DNA of 64,000 bases from Mayamaea pseudoterrestris (taxonomy: Eukaryota). The DNA is taken from contig BROI01000001.1 in the NCBI GenBank assembly GCA_027923505.1, positions 1,550,001 through 1,614,000 of the forward strand, given 5' to 3'. Of the stretch, positions 56,789-64,000 are shown piece after piece (within the stretch, counting starts at the first letter, position 1; each line of letters opens with the position of its first letter). The notes beneath the pieces are model-generated. The model searched no databases. It was given only the letters and a program-made list of their open reading frames with translations, and was not told the DNA's origin. The translations under genes were made by a program, and so were the position numbers.

Positions 56789-57817
56789 TCACTTGCGCTC
56801 CTGCTGCTTTGCTGACGCTGTGGTTGTTTTCGCAAACGGCCTTGCATCGCCGTAGGCTTGATCAAACACCTTGTTCACACAGTCCTTGGCCATGTTTCGT
56901 TGCGGAAACAGATTGCTCGTGGCCGTTTCCGCCGTCCGACTGGCGCATGATTGTTTCGTGTTCTTGTTGGAACGCATGCCGAGCGTATACCAGGCGGGTG
57001 TCGCTGGCGGCTGCAGTGTCGCGTACGAATCACTGTGACTGAAACACTCCGCCTCCCGCGCCGCTCGCACCTCGCTGTAGGCCAAGCTTTCACAGTCGCG
57101 CAGATCCAGTTGCAGCATGCGCACGTCGTGGACGTGCACCAGTTCGTGCGTCAAGATTTCCTCCATTTCCTGGCGTGCGGCTGCTGCGGCGGCAGTTGTT
57201 GTTTCGTCACCATTATTACTCCAACTATTGCTAGTGACGTTGCTGCGCAGTCGATTCGTGCAAACAACGACACTCAGTGGAGTAGGTCCCATGACAAAGG
57301 CCCGAGCGCCGCCTTCCGGGCCAGTTAGCTTGCACGGCTGGCAGCGCACTGACATCCACTCGGTTGGTTGTTGTTCATTGTTTGTAGGTGTAGCATTATC
57401 TGACACTGCCGATGTGGCAAGCTGCTGCTCCGACGCAAATATATTGGATAGCATGGAGGGTCGAGTAATTCCTGTATTTGCTGCTTTTGGACGTACTGGT
57501 ATGTCATCATTTACTTCCGGCGGATGTAGTCGACTCAGTCGACGAGGCACCGTGGATTGCTGCTGCTGCTGCTCCACGGGAATTTGCACTTCAATGCCAT
57601 TCGGCGCCGCCCTCCACACGAGTCGTGATTCATCGTTAAAGAGACTGGCCAGTAGTTGCGACGGCTTGGAATCGGCCGACTGCAACACTTGCTTGAGTAG
57701 ATTGACGCAGGAACGACATTGAGCGTCGACTAGTGAGTTATCTTGAGAAGCATTGATGATACTGGAAGCTGATAGTGAAGATTTGATTGTCGAGTCTGGT
57801 TTTCTTGATGCAGACAT
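56789..57817 (-). CDS. ATP23: Mitochondrial inner-membrane protease ATP23 (peptidase M76)
   Basis: VVCTNR, EILTHELVHVHD (HExxH), CESLAYSEVRAA, CVNKVFDQAYGDARPF. Confidence 0.9.
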   Translation of the reverse strand: MSASRKPDSTIKSSLSASSIINASQDNSLVDAQCRSCVNLLKQVLQSADSKPSQLLASLFNDESRLVWRAAPNGIEVQIPVEQQQQQSTVPRRLSRLHPPEVNDDIPVRPKAANTGITRPSMLSNIFASEQQLATSAVSDNATPTNNEQQPTEWMSVRCQPCKLTGPEGGARAFVMGPTPLSVVVCTNRLRSNVTSNSWSNNGDETTTAAAAAARQEMEEILTHELVHVHDVRMLQLDLRDCESLAYSEVRAAREAECFSHSDSYATLQPPATPAWYTLGMRSNKNTKQSCASRTAETATSNLFPQRNMAKDCVNKVFDQAYGDARPFAKTTTASAKQQERK

Positions 57818-58277
57818 GATGCTGTGACTGCAGTGACTGCTGCGAAGAGCGATGATGACTGGCAGACGTTCAGATAGCAAGTCGCGGCAAGACAAGTCCA
57901 GTAAAGACTACTAAAGAAAGCACAGTAGCAAAAGCAGTTTTTAGTAAACTTGTCTTAGTCTCTTCCACTGAAACTCGTTATTTGTGTCAGCAAGAGCAAT
58001 AATTATTGTTGAATGGAGGAAGCAGCGTCGTCGAACGGCGTCGTCGTCGCGAGTGTTCGCGCCGCGCCAGAAATGACTCGTAATTTGTCGCACCATCACT
58101 GACAAGTACCGCAACGACTACCCTCTCAGAGCCAATCGTTGCTCCAGTTTTTCGTCGTAGCATGTTCTTTTGGACTCGCCGTTTGCACATTCTTCACCCA
58201 TGGCCCATGAAGCGGCACTGTACAGCATAGAAAGCTTATCAACGACTAGTAAACAACAACATCAAGACAAGACTAAC

Positions 58278-60203
<1,926 letters not shown>

Positions 60204-60361
60204 CCACCACCACGACGCAACATTGGACCCAATTGGAACCTTACATTTGCTGCGCCAAGCAGTTTTTGCGATGAGTATAAACATCGGTAAATATATTTGT
60301 CGTTACTACATAAACAAGATATAGCGTAGCATACATTAGATAGTTACTACGTGGACCATTG

Positions 60362-60912
60362 TTACTGCACCCATCGCATAAACTGCTCCTCCTCTGATGC
60401 ATCCGGACTAAGACGCTTATTATTAAACTCCGTTCCAATTGGATCCTCCAGCAGCAACATGAGATGATTCTTTTGTTTATGCTGCAATAGCGTATCTTCC
60501 AAATTATTGTAGCCAAGGTACAGCAGCATGTCAATCACTCGTTGGTCCTTAATGTCCTTGTAGGCATAAAAGTGCTTGCGAACAGCGTCCTTGACTTCGC
60601 GCTCACCCATGTGAACAATGTCAAAGATTTGCATGACGCGAGGAACTTCCCTGCGAAATGTAGAGAGCAAAATGGAGGCATCAGTTAGCGCATAAACAAG
60701 TAGTAGTAAGAGAAAGTAGCAAGGAATTCGGAATCTTGCCGCGTCGGTACCAACATGGCATCAGGGCGATGCAAACGTCGGTTGTTCGGGACCAAATTCA
60801 ACTATAATTTCAAATTTCACCACGCTTACCGAGCAATCTGCTTGTAAAGAGTTGCTGGTCTGTTCTTCACGACCAGATCCCGCGCCTTGTGGGCCAACTG
60901 TAAGCTCGTCAT
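60362..60912 (-). CDS. NDUFA6: Complex I LYR subunit NDUFA6/B14; intron 60651-60829
   Basis: TLYKQIAR-EVPRVM...VRKHF...IKDQRVIDMLL...LQHKQKNHLM. Confidence 0.85.
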
Positions 60913-61034
60913 GGTGATTGTCGTCGAGGCGAAAATGTGCGAAGTCATGGAAAGCAAGATTCCGTCTCGCTTGGCGCGCTTTCCTGGAACGTACGTCATC
61001 AGCGATCGATCCGTTTCACTTTCATCAATCGACC

Positions 61035-61829
61035 ATGAGGATTGCCGACGTCTGTCCTGTGCTACTTTGGACACTTTTAACATCGCCCATCACATCACTT
61101 TCGAGAGGTTCAATATCGATGACGACTTCGAGCGCCCCAACCAATATTCGACTCATAACGAACAAAATGTGTCCGTGAGTCTAGTGTCCATTATGCTTGA
61201 AAAGTAAAAAAAATTTATTTGTTGTGCAACAGGCTCACGCACTGTTGCATACGTTCGCTGTATACAGATATGCACAGAAAGCTTGGATTGCGCTCGAAGC
61301 CAGCGATACGCCCTTTCAACTGGAAGAAATACCACTCTACGGCACCAATGGCAAGCCTGAGTGGTTTCGGAAACTGAATCCTGCTGGCACTGTTCCCGTG
61401 TTTGTCGCGAACGACGGAGACTTGATAATACCAGACTCTGACTTGATACTGGATGCGTTTGAAGACGACTCGAATCTCGGATCAATTCCATTGTTCAACT
61501 CTGAAAATCAGTCACAGATTCAACAATGGCGAAGTACAGTGAACAAGAATTTGATACCAATTGGAAAGAATTCAGTGTTATCGGGACGATCCATGTCGAA
61601 CGAACTCCAAAAAGTGCTGGAGGAGCTCAATGCCATGGTGGTTGGCCCATATCTTGCTGGAAACTTGATAACGACGGCTGACTGTCACGCGTTTCCGTTT
61701 CTATGGCGACTCAATGACGAGTATCGTTTAGACGATTACCCCAGCTTGCAACAGTGGTTGAACAAATGCTCCAAAGAACAAGCATTCAGCAAGACGATTC
61801 AATCATCCTGGTGGTGGTGGTGGTGGTAA
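61035..61829 (+). CDS. Cys-type glutathione S-transferase (omega/lambda/DHAR-like); intron 61175-61267
   Basis: Spliced active site MCP-YAQK; KPEWF, NPAGTVPV, DSDLI, PYLAG..ITTADCHAFPFLWR; N-terminal targeting peptide. Confidence 0.9.
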
Positions 61830-61977
61830 TTCTGTCGCTGGCCATGGTGTTGACCTTGGGCCTGGTCATTCTGCATTTGAGATCTTTCTCTCCCGGTTAA
61901 TGGTACACCTGTACTAGAGTAGAACAAAAGCTATCGCTTATTTTTTTATTATGTACATGGTATGGCATTTGTGAAAC

Positions 61978-62673
61978 CTATCTTGTCGTTGACGGATTGA
62001 CCAGCTTGGCTGCATGCAAAAGCTTTCCTGATACTCCATCGCATATCAATAGCTTGTCTGCGGTCCTGATTTTGCCCAATCCGATCTGATAACTTCGATC
62101 CATTTGCCAGTAGGCAGCTGCGTCTTGCAATATCCGAAGATAGGAAGGACTGGGTGGTATATGATCGACACGTCGCGTCCGTCGTTGACTTTTTGGATTC
62201 GCGACAAGAGTGTAGCACGACAATAAAGAGTCTGCTGCATTTGCAGTTGCCGCTTTCAATGTCTCTTCACCAGCCCGATGATTGTCACCAACGTACGGCA
62301 CCACTAAACATTGTTGCCATTGGTACGACAGCGGCACTCCTTCCGTGCGACCCACGCGAGCAAAGTCTGCGTCAGTCAGTTCGTAAATGACTCCGTGAAC
62401 GACGCTTCCAGTTTGCTTCCTCACCGACGCTGCCGATGGTTCGACCAATGGGATTCCTGGAATATCAAAGACCAATTCGTAGTCTGCAAGCACTCCAGCT
62501 TGCGCCGAAATTGGTCGCAGGTTGCGAAGCGATTCCATGGTGGCGACATTCATGTTGCTTCCAAACGCAAAGTAATGGTAGCTAGAAGGAGCGACGGGCG
62601 AGCTGCCAGCCGAAAAGCTCCATGTCTTTTGAAGCAGTAGGCTGATAATTGATATAGTATGCAGGAGCTTCAT
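61978..62673 (-). CDS. Gamma-glutamylcyclotransferase (GGCT/AIG2-like), predicted plastid-targeted
   Basis: Signal peptide TWS|FSA; YFAFGSNM, VHGVIYEL, TEG, PSPSYLRIL. Confidence 0.85.
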   Translation of the reverse strand: MKLLHTISIISLLLQKTWSFSAGSSPVAPSSYHYFAFGSNMNVATMESLRNLRPISAQAGVLADYELVFDIPGIPLVEPSAASVRKQTGSVVHGVIYELTDADFARVGRTEGVPLSYQWQQCLVVPYVGDNHRAGEETLKAATANAADSLLSCYTLVANPKSQRRTRRVDHIPPSPSYLRILQDAAAYWQMDRSYQIGLGKIRTADKLLICDGVSGKLLHAAKLVNPSTTR

Positions 62674-63023
62674 GGTCAAGGATGCTATTCTGCAAGTGAA
62701 TGATGGATGATGGCGGAGTTGCGACGAAAATGTGAGCGCGGCTGACTCATGTCCGTGTCGCACCAGTTTCAGGATCGACGCAAGACGCGCTAGCTAACGT
62801 CGCCTCGCCCACTAGCTATTTTCTTAACAAACGCACCCACAACGAATTTAATTAACATGCAAATTAACTTTTGTAGAGGTTGTAGAACTCGAGTTGTGTT
62901 TCATGAGTCATCGCAAGCCTCCAGAAAGACCCCATTAACATCAGACATCGAACGCACATCATGCTATGTTGGGCGACCCAACAAATTACAGAAAAATGTA
63001 ATAAAAGATCTCCTCGTTTCCAT

Positions 63024-63729
63024 TCACGGTCCCTCATGAGCCTGATAATCCGATGACGGCGACACGGACCGCTTTTGCGCGCTCCGGCCAAACCCCTTGG
63101 CGTCAATTGGTGCCACAATAATGGTCCTCTTAAAGTGATATAGCATGAGACTAAAGACACTCAACACTCCAAAGAGCGTCAAGGCAACATTGGCAAACAT
63201 GCGGTTCGTGCGTTGCTTGCCGTAGCCATATGCATGAAAGGTTCCAAAGACAATCAAGTCTTGATTCAAAATCACCATGATGGTTCCGAGGAAAAATCCA
63301 ATGGAAAAGGCCGTTGGAAATCGCTTTAACACAAAGGTTCCCACGACGCCAAGCAGTAAATGCATGATGCCAGTCCAGACTGACCCGACGACGAGAGCCA
63401 TTGACCCTCCATTGGATTGCACATTGATCACTGAAAAAGAATACGTGAGTGCACGCAGTGTGGGTGAGAGCATGAGAGCATAGCCGACTGCAGTACTGCA
63501 TCAGCATGCGTTAAAAGTCAAAGCAGCCATAACGATTATTCCCTTTTATGTACGTACTTTCAATGACACTCACGACAAAGTAGAGGAGAATGAAAATGAG
63601 GCAAACGCCCCACGCCCGATGGACGGAACCTCGGGGATCCTCCTGACACGATCCAAAGGCCTTGTGGAGCCACGTGTGAGGCCATCCTTCCGCGTCGTCG
63701 TTCGTAACGGCAGTATTATCCCGCGCCAT
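63024..63729 (-). CDS. Four-TM membrane protein of unknown function; intron 63431-63557
   Basis: Splicing joins VSVIE-MINVQSNGG in frame; four hydrophobic helices. Confidence 0.7.
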
Positions 63730-64000
63730 GATTGGAGTATTGTATGCTTTGGTTGATGCAGTGGCAGTGCTGTTGATTGTCGCTGTGTTGAGATGCAAGA
63801 GTTGATTGTCAACGCCGACGATGGAGACGACCTCGGAGGCAGAACGGCGGGGCCGGCTCGCCGCCGGAAGGATCGTTCAACGGAAACCGCGAAGTTGAGT
63901 AACGCCAAGTGAGTCAGGCTGACGTCACCAGAGAAGGTTAGACGTCGCACGCACCTTTTCCTTGCCACCACGACCGCGTTGCATCGATCGTTCGACTCTC

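Noticed and set aside
62987..62995. TACAGAAAA matching the METTL16 UACAGARAA motif
   Set aside because: Intergenic, antisense to the flanking genes and far from the SAM synthetase gene.

Overview
Gene-dense eukaryotic nuclear DNA, most likely from a pennate diatom. The support is short GT-AG introns (~70-200 nt), several bipartite plastid-targeting presequences (signal peptide followed by F/W) and diatom-type gene families. Bases 1-4967 are the 3' part of an apparently intact tyrosine-recombinase (DIRS-order, PAT/Ngaro-like) retrotransposon. It has an RT-RNase H ORF with a methyltransferase-like tail, an overlapping YR ORF with a PHD-like N-terminus, and split direct repeats B1-A2-B2 with two identical 488-bp B copies. 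The B repeat can fold into a large nested RNA structure on the sense strand. The YR ORF has no early AUG but is preceded by a branchpoint/acceptor signal. The rest holds about 30 host genes: ArgRS with an N-terminal GST-like domain, CysRS, beta-adaptin, SAM synthetase, MetAP, SURF1, SOUL, NAPE-PLD, a SUMF2-like FGE, ATP23, a DBP2-like helicase, NDUFA6, a Cys-GST ending in six tryptophans, GGCT, a Crinkler-like NTPase-nuclease and several disordered or coiled-coil proteins. A degenerate ~225-bp triple tandem repeat carrying TGACGT sites lies upstream of the FGE-like gene. All calls come from reading the sequence and motifs by eye; no database search or folding program was run.
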